Under the pieces are notes generated by a model. That model saw only the letters and a list, made by a program, of their open reading frames with translations, searched no databases and was not told the DNA's origin. A stretch of DNA of 63,315 bases, the filler included, from Collodictyon triciliatum (taxonomy: Eukaryota): the NCBI GenBank assembly GCA_043381765.1. It is 6 parts of 6 records of this genome, joined end to end, with 100 filler letters (N's around TTAATTAATTAA, not from the genome) between each part and the next. Parts side by side here need not be neighbours in the genome. Positions count along the whole stretch, not along the records: positions 1 to 23,862 come from JBHJMP010000807.1; positions 23,963 to 30,980 come from JBHJMP010000809.1; 4 more parts are not named here. The stretch is one strand, 5' to 3'. Position numbers and translations under genes: made by a program. This document shows, in pieces, positions 13,547 to 25,019 of the stretch. The stretch's first letter is position 1. Every line of letters starts with the position of its first letter.

Positions 13547-14877
13547 CGTAAAAACTTGAACCCTTTGCCAGTCGCCTCGTTGCTTGCTTGTCCTCGGTGG
13601 CGTATTTGTCTGTGAGCACAATGATCAAAACCACCCAACACAGCCTGATTGACTCGCACAGCTGCACTCCCCAGCTCATGGTTTGATAGATGAAAGAATT
13701 AAAAATCCAGATATATCCAACGGTTTCAATTCATTCATATATGGAATTTATCTTTATATCACAAACATAGGTATGTGTACCAGCAAATTCCGACACAAAT
13801 TATTCAAATTTTGCTAAATTTAATATACGTCATTTTATATATAGCCAGCCTCCAAGTATTTCTCGTAAGCAAGGCAGAAGGAACCGCGCGGGGGTTTAAG
13901 AAAGCTCTTCGTTTACAGTCTCAGTTCCTTGTCAGGTTGCTCTGAACGATGCATCCGTATTTTCTCTGCTACTACATCAAAATATGTGCACATGCAATTT
14001 ATCAGTCATGTCTATAATACACCTGATGTCCGAGTTTTTCTTGGTGTTATCGACCCGGAGATGGTATGGGTAGCACCGCTATTTTCGCGTGGCGTTACTT
14101 GGATTGGCCTCTCCTTAGGGTCTTATTCTTACTCATGTTATTATTTCCTTTCTTTATTTCTTTTTTTCCTTGCATTAGTACCGTCAATTAAAGTATGTGT
14201 ATGATTTTGCTTTATTTTTTCAACCTTGAGCAGTTAAGCGGTTCTCATAGCCAGGTTCTAGACTTCAGGATGTAATTGCAGTCAGATGTATCGAGGCATA
14301 GAATAACAAGTGTAGTATCTTCTTCATGTTATTTTTGGGTATTGTGCTTGAGCAGTTTGTACCTCTATGTCGCAAAACTTTTCCAACACGATTACAACTT
14401 TAGGATTAAGAAGTTCTCCAGTTAAATATATCGGAATAATCTAATCGGAATTCAATCGTGTTAGTACACGGGACAAAATCTAAAAAAATGATTTCATGTA
14501 GTTCGTCCCTTTTCCAGGTTTGGGGAATGTACATATATGTGTAATTGACATAAAACCCATCACAATCAACTTGCGGTCTTGACGTGGTCACGTATATACT
14601 TGCGCCGTTCTATTCCCCATTTCGCGTACGTTATAGACGACAAACCGCCAGTGGGTCTCACGCAGCGAACACACACTTATAACAAAAAACAAAAACACAA
14701 AACAAGAGCAGAAAGAAACAAAAAGCAAAACAAAACATAAACCAAGAGTAGAAAGAAACTAGAAACGAAAAACTTCGCAGACTTCGGTTCAACATAGCTC
14801 ACCAAAAGATCGATCTAGACACTCAGCACCCGACCCAAGGCCCGAACCAGTCAGACGACCGGCGGCCTCGCAACAGC

Positions 14878-17800
14878 ATGACTGCCCCAGTTTTTGATAG
14901 CGCAACCATCAGGCTGGGTAGCGAGCTTGGCAGAGGCGGCTTCGGGGCTGTCTTCAAGGCAACTCTGAATCTCCACACAACAGTTGCTGTAAAGGTGATC
15001 CAAGATGAAACTCAGCCCGTGGAAGAGATACAAAAGGAGGCCGATATCATGATTCGAATAACGCATCCACATATTGCGAAATGTTTTGGGATGTACCGAG
15101 ATGGAAAAGTGGTTGGGATGGTCATGGAATATGCAGATGCAGGGAGCCTGTCCAGAACCATCCATGCCAAACCTGGCGGGCTCTCCATTCCCGAAATCTG
15201 TATGTACGGCAGTCAAATCTCTTCTGGAATGGAGGCACTTTACGGTGTTTACAACATATCTCATCGCGATATCAAACCAGCAAATATTATTATGATGACT
15301 TTGTATGACCCCGAGAGTCATTCTCTTCGCCTGACTGCAAAAATCACAGACTTTGGGCTCTCAAAGATTAAAAGAGCAAGCGTAGATGTATCTCGCATGA
15401 GCAGTCGTAGTGGTGGCTTTCACGGAACTATGGTATACGCAGCTCCTGAATGCTTGGGTCTCGTTGGTGAGACGGGGGGTCATATGGGAGAAAAGAGTGA
15501 TGTGTACTCTTTAAGTCTTGTCTTATATGAAATGTGTTCAGGGGAAATACCCTTTGCTGGACTAGAGCTTACTAAATTTATCGCTGAGATGGCGAAAGGG
15601 AAGCGAATGCCTATCCCGGTCAATATGAGCAATGACCTTGCAGAAGTTGTTACTAGATCCTGGAAACAGGAGCCCTCACAGCGTCCATCGTTTGCCCAAG
15701 TTACAAAAGCCTTAAATCTGATGTCTGGTAATCTTTCGAAGGGACTGAACTCAACACCGGCCCCTGATGTTATTCGGGTTTTGGACCCGCCTCATGCTTC
15801 CAGTTCTATGAATTCATATGAGCAGAACGCTGTGTCGTCGCCAAAAAATGCAGTATCTCCACTAAATACGACCGAATCTACGCCTTCTCAAGGTCAGATG
15901 AGTCCGGGTCATGGAGGTGCTCGTCCTATCAATAAGGGACCTCATATCACAGGTGGTCCTTCTCCAGGAATACAAAACTCTGATGCAAATAGCAGATTGT
16001 CTGCTCATTCAGGCCCATTACCCTATCTACCTTACGCCTGGGGGCAGAATCTGAGTGCTCCATTACAAACACATAGCGACCCATCATATAAACAAACTAT
16101 TGGCAACGACCACGGAGACATTGACAACTACACCCATGAAGGTGTTGTCAAATCTTATCCTTTAGACTTGGAAGGGGTAATATTTTATTTTAAAAATAAA
16201 TTTAAATATGAGCCGAATAAAGGGAAAAATTCTTGGAAGATATGAAAATAAGTGTAATAATGTGGGCCAATTATGAAAAGGGTACACATAAATTTTTCTT
16301 TTCTCTTTATTGAACCAGAAACCAACAAACATTTTCCCAATCGGAAGTCAAGTGAAGGTGACCGATAATTATGGAACGTTTGGTGATGCTGCGAGTGGTC
16401 CTCTTCGACCAGGCATGTTGGGAACTGTGATTGCTCTGTCATCTGGACTGCACCCACGATACAGAGTTAGAGATCAAAATGGAGTTGAATGGTGGTATGA
16501 CTATGGGGCGCTTTCCCTCTTTACGGGGATGACAGAACGTATTCCTCACTTATTGGGCTCTCCATTACAAAAGACTCCCACTCATTTGATATCCCCGAGA
16601 GACCCTACTACAGTTACCAAGCCGCGAGGAAATGTGACACCTGAAAAAGCCCATGCTTGCTTGAAGGTTCGTCGAGGTCCAGATTGGAAGTGGGGGGACC
16701 AAGATGGAGGTGAAGGTGAAGAAGGTCTGTTGATAGAAGCTTCAGCGAAGGGATGGTGGTATGTTATTTGGGATTCAGGGAACTCTAATCATTATCGTGT
16801 TGGTGAAGGTGGATACTATGACCTTGAATTTGTTGACCCATCTGTACAGCCATCAAATAGCGACATTCCCATCGGTTTTTATGTAACCCTCTCACCAAGC
16901 TTCAAGGAATGCTCTGAAGCAATTAATGGGCCATTAAAATCAGGTGATGTTGGTGTTATGAAAGAAAATGACCAATCAAGTAAGCCTTACAAGGTGGAGA
17001 CTGCATCGGGGAAGATTTACTGGTACAAATCCCATGTCATACAACCATTTGATAGCTCATCCATTCCAGTGGGAGAGAAGGTGACCAAAGCCCTTGCTCG
17101 GTCTGGACTCAAAGTAAAGCGAGGTCCTGATTGGAAATGGGGTGATGCAGATGGTGGGAGCGATGCGTCTGGAGTCTTAATAGAATCCTCATCGCATGGT
17201 TACTGGAAGGTAAAATGGGAGACAAACGAAATTGGAACCTATCGAGTTGGAGCAGAAGGTGCATTTGACCTTAGGTTTGTGAAAATTGATAATTCTGTCG
17301 TTCAAGTGCCCAAGGTTGGAGGATATGTCAGGCTTTCAAACTGCTCATGCAGTGATGGCTCTCTGTCTGTGATGTCACCCCAGGATGTAGGACTTGTGGT
17401 TCAATATGACAGCCCTGCTAAATTATTCAAAGTTCGGGGACCATCAGGTAAAGAAGGAGCGTATGACATCTTCTGCCTTCTCACATGCGAAGAACCAATC
17501 ATCAATATTGGGTCTACCATCACAGCATTGAATGTGAAAGATGGATTGCGAGTTTGTAGAGGCCCAGACTGGAATTATGGAAACCAGGACGGAGGAAAGG
17601 GTAAAATCGGAACCGTAGAAGCATTATCTGGGCGAGAAGGATGGTGGAGTGTGCGTTGGGACAATGGATACATAGGCAAGTATCGTGTAGGTGCAGATTT
17701 GCGCTTTGACTTGGAATATGCAGACCAACGCTCTATTGCTCCTCCCATTTCTAAGCTAAATGTTGGTGATTATGTCCAATTAGTTGAGAACTATAGCGAT

Positions 17801-20800
17801 TTTGAAGATGTAGCAGAAGGGCCGATGAAACTTCACCAATTTGGATTAATTATCAATGTGGAGGAGTCAAAAAAGCCATACAAGGTCAAGGCTGAAAACG
17901 GAAAATCATGGTGGTATATGAGAGCACCCCTGATAAAATTAGAACATGCCAATCCAACTTCAATTGGGTCTCGGGTAAATGCATTCAACACCAAAGCTGG
18001 GCTTAGGGTTCGTCGTGGTCAAGGTTGGGCGTCTGGTAATCAAGACGGTGGAAAAGGTAATTCTGGGAAGCTTAAGAATGAAGCTCGAGCTGGTGTTTGG
18101 ACAGTTGAATGGGATAATGGAGATTCAGGGAACCATCGTGTAGGAGAAAATGATGAATACGAGCTTGAAATATCTGACGCCCCCTTGCCAGTCAAGGTAA
18201 TTTCACCACAGTCCATATCTAAAGGTAGCAAAGTTGTTCTTGCAATTGGATATGAAAGTCACGGGGATGCCAAAGATGGTCCATTATCGCCAGGAGTCGA
18301 GGGAACAGTAATTGCAGATGATGGTTCTGAAGTTCCATTCAAAGTAAGAGGTCCCAGTGGAAAAGAATGGTGGTATCGCAAGGAGGCATTGACCACGCCT
18401 GGAAGCTCAAATGTGGCTACTTCAGGAGGCAAGATTTCAGTTGGAAGCAAAGTTGTTCTTGCTATTGGATACGAAAGTCACGGAGATGCGAAGGGTGGTC
18501 CATTATCACCAGGAGTCGAAGGAACTGTAATTGCAGATGATGAGTCAAGCAAACCATACAGGGTAAGAGGTCCGAGTGGAAAAGAATGGTGGTATCACAA
18601 AGAAGCTCTCACTACTCCCGGAAGTTCAAATGCTGTGGCTACTTCAGGAGGCAAGATTTCAGTTGGAAGCAAAGTTGTCCTTGCCATCGGGTATAAGAGC
18701 CATGGAGATGCGAATGACGGTCCATTATCGCCAGGAGTCGAAGGAACTGTAATTGCTGACGATGGTTCAAGCAAACCATACAAGGTTGAAGACTATGAGG
18801 GGAAAGAATGGTGGTATCACAAAGAAGCTCTCACTACTCCAGGGAGCTCAAATGCTGCTACTTTGGAGGAAATCATCGCAATCGGAAGCAGAGTTGTTCT
18901 TGCCATCGGATATGAAAGCTATGGAGATGCAAGAGGCGGTCCATTATCACCAGGAGTCGAAGGAACTGTAACTGCTGTTGATGAATCAAGCAAACCATAT
19001 AAAGTTAAAGCGCCGAATGGAAAAGAATGGTGGTATCACAAGGAAGCTCTCACTACTCCTGTAAGTTTAAATGTGGCCGCTTCGGTTGAGACCATAGCTG
19101 TGGGAAGCAAAGTCGTCCTTGCAAATGGATATGAAAGCCATGGGGGTGCGGAAAACGGCCCGTTGTCACCAGGAGTCGAAGGAACTGTAATTGGTGTAGA
19201 TGGTTCGAGCAAACCATATAAAGTGGAAGCACCGAATGGAAAAGAATGGTGGTATCACAAGGAAGCACTGACCACTCCTGGAAGCTCAAATGTGGCTTCA
19301 ATAAGTTATGGAGGTCATAGTTCAGGTAAGGTGACCGAATTTAATGCTAAAGCGGGAGCAAAAGTACAGCGTGGTCCAGATTGGAAATGGAGTGACCAAG
19401 ATGGAGGAGTTGGTAGTGTGGGAACCTTGAAAAGACCTGATAGTCAGGGCTGGTGGAACGTTGAATGGAAAAAAGGCAACTCCAACAACTATCGCGTGGG
19501 TGCAGATGGCAAATATGACCTTGTTTACGCAAGCGTAGAATTACTGCCATCAAAATCACTTTCTATTGGAAGCAAAGTTGTTCTCGCAATCGAATATGAA
19601 AGGCATGGGAATGCCAAAGATGGTCCATTGTTACCCGGGGTCGAAGGAATAATTATAAGTGATGATGGGTCTGATACCCCATTCATGGTCGAAAGCCCAA
19701 GCGGAAAGGAATGGAATTATCGCAAAGAAGCACTGACCACTCCTGGAAGCTCAAATGCAGCTTCAAAAAACGTGAAGATTTCAGTCGGAAGCAAAGTTGT
19801 GCTTGCCATCGAATATAAGAGCCGTGGTGATGCGAAGGATGGTCCATTATCACCAGGAGTCGAGGGAACTGTAATTGCAGATGATGAGTCAAGCAAACCA
19901 TATAAAGTTAAAGCGCCAAGTGGAAAAGAATGGTGGTATCACAAAGAAGCTCTAACGACTCCAGGGAGCTCAAATGCCGCTCCTTCAGAAAGCGAAAATG
20001 TTGTTTCTGGTCGGGTAACTGAATCAAATGCCAGAGTGGGATTAAAGGTGCAGCGTGGTCCGGATTGGAGTTGGGGAGACCAAGATGGTGGAGTTGGTGG
20101 TATTGGTACTTTGACAGAAGGTTCATCCTCCAGAGGATGGTTTAGAGTTGACTGGAGTAATGGTAATTCGAACAACTATAGAGTTGGTGATGACGGCAAG
20201 TATGACCTTGCTTTTGTACCGCAAGGGGTATTGCCAACACCAATATCAGTTGGAAGCAAAGTTGTTCTTGCCAAAGGTTATAGAAAACACGGGGATGCCA
20301 AAGATGGTCCATTATCGCCAGGAGTCGAGGGAACGGTAACTGCAGATGATGGTTCTGGAGTTCCATTTAAAGTTCAAGCGCCAAGTGGAAAAGAATGGTG
20401 GTATCGCAAGGAGGCATTGACCACTCCTGGAAGCTCAAATGTGGCTACTTCAGGAGGCAAGATTTCAGTTGGAAGCAAAGTTGTGCTTGCCATCGGATAT
20501 GAAAGTCACGGAGATGCCAAAGATGGTCCATTATCACCAGGAGTCGAAGGAACCGTAGTTACCGACGATGGTTCAAGCAAGCCATACAAAGTTAAAGCGC
20601 CGAATGGAAAAGAATGGTGGTATCACAAAGAAGCGTTAATGTTGGTTGGAGGTCTGGGCGTGGAGCCTCCAAAGCATGGGCAAACTGTCACTGGTTCAAA
20701 CGCCAGAGTGGGATTAAAGGTGCAACGTGGTCCAGATTGGAAATGGGGAGACCAAGATGGAGGAGTTGGTAGTCTGGGAACGTTGAAAAGACCTGATAGT

Positions 20801-21007
20801 CAGGGCTGGTGGAACGTTGAATGGAAAAGAGGCAACTCCAACAACTATCGAGTGGGCGCAGATGGCAAATACGACCTTGTTTTTACCTCAAATTCAAGCA
20901 CCTTGGATTCAGACTCTAGCTCGAGCTCGAACTCGGACTCCAGTTCTGGTTCACCTGATATGCGTGATATGCTTGGGATGTTTGCACGACAAAACAGCTT
21001 TGAGTAA
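14878..21007 (+). CDS. TKL-type protein kinase fused to 7 MIB/HERC2 domains and 13 SH3-like repeats (~1995 aa, 2 exons)
   Basis: Exon 1 14878-16176 (GAAGGG|GTAATA) and exon 2 16319-21007 (AACCAG|AAACCA) join in phase 0 across a 142-nt AT-rich intron. Kinase motifs are intact: GRGGFG, VAVK, HRDIKPAN, DFGLSK, YAAPE, SDVYS. There are seven RGPDWxWGDQDGG...W...NxYRVG...YDL units and thirteen GSKVVL...GPLSPG.EGTV...PYKV...EWWY...AL-type units. Confidence 0.9.
18215..20885 (+). repeat. Coding tandem repeat array: ~220-nt SH3-like units interspersed with MIB/HERC2 units
   Basis: Nine highly similar copies containing GCAAAGTTGT..., CCAGGAGTCGAAGGAAC and AAAGAATGGTGGTATC. Example: 18368-18457 vs 20396-20485 differ at about one position. 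Confidence 0.95.
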
Positions 21008-22120
21008 AGGTAAGAATCTAGTTAGCTCAAAGTTTAATATTTACCATGCAATATGCTTAGTATTAACCACATAGAAACATATCTCAAGAGTTATAAAGAA
21101 ACCTATGCTGGATGAAGCCACCAAGTCAGGAACAAAGTAGAAGTCTCCACAGCGTCTCTGGCTTGAAAGAAAACGACGAATTAAAAGTCAACCGAAAAAT
21201 TAATAATTTAGATATTTGCTATGGTTTTTGCTTTTCTTGTGCTTTCTATTTAAAGTGATGCATTAAGTAGTCCAGGATGATTGCCGGTAGTTTCAGGGCT
21301 GAAAGAGATAAATGTATGTGCTTGTTTGATACAAAACCATGAGAGTGGTACCTGATTGCGTATGATGGGAGGAGGTGGTTGGCGATTGGACAATATCAAT
21401 TTTCTATATAAAAATCATGAGCGAATTTTTCTTTTTCTTTTTCTTTTTTTATCATTTCACAACACTATCCTTTTCAATAGTGATTAAAGGTAATACTCCA
21501 TCCCACAATCTTTTTTCTTCTATTACAAGCTTACAGCGCTTATATTCCACGCTGCTTGTATTTTTTTCGTGAGTACACTTCCTTTTCTTCCCCAAGTGAA
21601 AGGGTCGACAAAACTTTCTTAAGGCATGCCTTTGAGCGGTTTTCATTATTATTAGGGGCTGTCAAGTCGCGATACTCTTTCATCCCAAACATGCCCTCGT
21701 GCTCTCGAAGCAGCCGCCAAATAAAGATGAAGCGAGATACGCATTCTTTGACTTTCCCAGGTTCACCATCGACGAGGAAGGCACTGTGCGGCGCGAGTCA
21801 GGCATTTTTCAGAACCCAAGCCCTCGCGAGTTCCTATGACAATACTCCAGCCTGAAACATATAAACCATACACCCTTTTTCGAATACATTCCCACACATG
21901 ACAGGCCACAGTCACTAACTTGCAAATGAAGAGACGCAATGGCGACAGACAAATGCGCCATTTCTTTCGATCCCTCAAATTGCTTGCTCAAACGTCAATC
22001 AAAATCTAGAGAGCTGGTCACATCGCGACCATGTCAAAAGGCGATTGAGTCGTTGGGAGCAAAGAACGAAATAAGGAGACAAACAAACGATACAATAACG
22101 AGCAGGCAAACGCAAGGACC

Positions 22121-23831
22121 ATGCAAGGAAGGGAAAAAGCGCCGCGCTTTGATGAGGACAACGAGGACGACTACGACGACGACGAAGGCGGATCGGACTC
22201 CATCCCTTACCAAGCAGTGGATACACACGCAAAGGCGACTCCCTCAGACTCAGCAGCCCGCACTGGTCCTGCAGCCTTGGTTCAGTCCCCAAGAATAAGC
22301 TCTGCAGTCCTCTCGCCAACAATAGCAACAACTTCAAAAAAGGCAGCATCTTCGAAAGGCGAGTCGAGCGAAGTGGCTCGAGACTGGCGTGTTTATTTGT
22401 CTCCTTCGCGAAGCCGCTTGGAGTCCAGCAATGCGCTCTTGCCTTCACATCGTACTCGCAGCCCTGACTCAATCGTGGCCCCGACTCACCTTGGCTTCCA
22501 GTTTTACTTGTATGGCCCCGATCTCGGCCGTGGGACAACTTCGGCTCCACTTGCACGACTCAGCTTGCTCAACGGCATCGTCGGTGTCGGGCTTTTTGCT
22601 TTTGCAGACTTTTTTGTGGTTTGTGGTAGTATTATAAATAAAGTTTGTTTTCATTTGGTCAATAACTTCTTTTTATCCCCAACAACTTATGATATACACT
22701 GAATACCAATCCTCATGATTGAAAGGTGGTTGGAATACCGCTGGGAGTTGCTTTCATTTTGGTTTATGCGTATGCATTCTCATATTCTTATCGCCTATTG
22801 CACGAATTGAGTGTTCGGACACAACAATTGTCTTTTGGTCAGGTTTGTCGGTTACTAAATAGTGCCTTCTCTTATAATCTATGGTGAATCCTATGAAGCC
22901 ATTTTTCTTTTCTTTTCTTTCTTTCGATGTATTTCAATGTATTTCAATTCTTCCCTGATGTTTCTTCCCCTCTATATTTCTGCAAAGATTGCACTAAAGA
23001 TAGGTGGACCGTGGATATATTTCTTGGTTGATGTTATGCTGCTGCTTAACGTCCTGGTGGCTGTTTGCTCCATCGTCATAGGTTTGTCAATCACAGAGCT
23101 ATACTTTTTACTTTTACTTTTTACTTTTTCATTTACTTTTTCATTTTCTTTTTTCTTTTTTCCTGTGTCTTTTTCCTGTTTCTTTTTCCTTTCCTTCTTC
23201 ATTCAATGAAATTGTGTCACGAAATGATGATTTATTATGTTTGTATAGCATCTAATGGTATCACCATTGCAGGTATCCGTGACGTTATCGATATTGGTTT
23301 ATCACCAGTGACAGATTGGATTGAAGATAATATTGGAATCCCAAAAGAACTAAACATACTTGTTTGGATTTGCACAGTAAGATTTTGAGTCTGTAAATTT
23401 CAAATAATAAAACAAAACAAAACAAAACAAAGCAAAACAAAACAAAACAAAACAAGGGATAGTATATGTGTTCGAGAAAGCATTTCCAATTTATGATCTT
23501 GCTTTTTAGATTTATGTCATCATACTGTGCAATACAAAGAAAGCATCTATCCCAAATCGCGGCATATTCACGCTCATTCCCTACTTTATTGGGTTGCTCG
23601 TTTTGTGTTGTGTGCATATTTCCCAAAACTACAGGGGAGAAGTGGAACACTTTATGAAGGTACCCAATACATCATATGAAGAAATTACTCGCTTTTCTGC
23701 CATGTATATTTTCGAGGAGGGACTTCTCTGTTGGCCGTGATAACTAATAGGTGCTGATGTAGTGCCGTCCTTCAAAATCTACGATAGAGTATATACCTCT
23801 TGCGGTGTTCACATTCGATTGTTTTGGCCAA
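22121..23831 (+). CDS. Amino-acid transporter (Aa_trans / SLC38-like), 5' part truncated at the segment end
   Basis: Spliced exons (22121-22618, 22726-22842, 22988-~23081, 23273-23376, 23510-23659, ~23763-23831) give a long hydrophilic N-terminus, then LLNGIVGVGLFAFADFFVVVGIPLGVAFILVYA..., several TM segments and IPLAVFTFDC. Confidence 0.75.
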
Positions 23832-23862
23832 GTACCAGTTATTTCCATACTACTGACTGTGG

Positions 23863-23962
23863 NNNNNNNNNNNNNNNNNNNNNNNNNNNNNNNNNNNNNN
23901 NNNNNNTTAATTAATTAANNNNNNNNNNNNNNNNNNNNNNNNNNNNNNNNNNNNNNNNNNNN
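23863..23962. other. Artificial contig-join spacer (44N-TTAATTAATTAA-44N); identical spacers at 30981-31080, 37986-38085, 45578-45677, 54485-54584
   Basis: Same 100-nt structure five times. The 12-mer has stops in all six frames, and flanking genes end abruptly with no continuation on the other side. Confidence 0.95.
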
Positions 23963-25019
23963 CATTATCATTATCATTATCATTATCATTATCATTATCA
24001 TTATCATTATCATTATCATTATCATTATCATTATCATTATCATTATCATTATCATTATCATTATAATTGTCATTTAAAAGGGACAATTGGGAGAGTGAAG
24101 CGAATATTTTGTTTCAGGTGTACAGGACAGTTATTTATCCACAAAAAAGACTTGTAGATTGTCGGTACTGCCTAGAGAGTGTGCCGCCTCTTTCGAATGC
24201 AATGAAAAAAAAGAACAACCTCTGGGGCGAGGTTCGTGCGTTTTTGTGGAGGAGCGAGGATCGACCACAAGGGAGGCGTGGGTGATAAAAAAGCTGATTA
24301 AAATTGATTCTGTACCGCCATCAGAAAGTCCAAAATTGGGTGTTTCACTTATGTTCGTAGAACTGAGCATTTGCAATAGTGGAAAATAAATACTATTGGG
24401 TTTTTTCCCTGAAATGTGACGACAAAAGCCCTTGCAATCAAACATTTACTCAAATGATAATAATTATATTAATTTATATTATTACAGTACACAATCGCCA
24501 GTTTTCTCGATGAGTTTCTCTGGGTGGACCCATTCGCCACGGTAACGTGGTTATTGCGGAACATCGCCGCCAGAGAATTACGAATTGATACCATCTATAT
24601 TAGTTTCAATAGAAAAAGGAATTCATACCAAACTAATCAAAATATATTTTAAAAACGTTTTGAAATTATGTGAATTTAGATGGAACAGGTAGTTATCCGA
24701 AACATTATACAGATCTGGAAAGAAAGAGTGTGCCGCTTCGCCCGTGCCTCAATTCTCTCCGCGCCTCTTAATCAGCCACTTCCTGGTTCGCAGCGATCGA
24801 AGAAGTCCATCAAACAAGCCAGCAGACGAAATCACGAAAGGGATCAAAGAAAGCCAGAGTTTCCTGTTTCGTTATTTATCAAAGGAGAACGCTTCTTTTC
24901 GCAAGGCGAATGTGATATAATCCTTTCCCTTCCTCTCTTCCCTTTTTTTTTTCTCTTCTTGTTTCAAACAAGTGCTTCCCGGCAACCAAAACCTTCATAG
25001 GTCCGCTTCAGCCCCACCG

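Noticed and set aside
18215-20885. Possible CRISPR array or diversity-generating retroelement template/variable repeats
   Set aside because: The repeats are in-frame protein domains with mostly third-position differences. There are no unique spacers, no adenine-specific pattern and no reverse transcriptase nearby.
23907-23918. TTAATTAATTAA palindrome as a biological element (piggyBac TTAA site, excision junction)
   Set aside because: Always centred in exactly 44N+44N; it is an assembly linker.
24100-24820. Possible minus-strand gene fragment divergent from MCCC2
   Set aside because: Some splice-compatible short exons exist, but there is no unique frame or recognisable motif, so it is not supportable.
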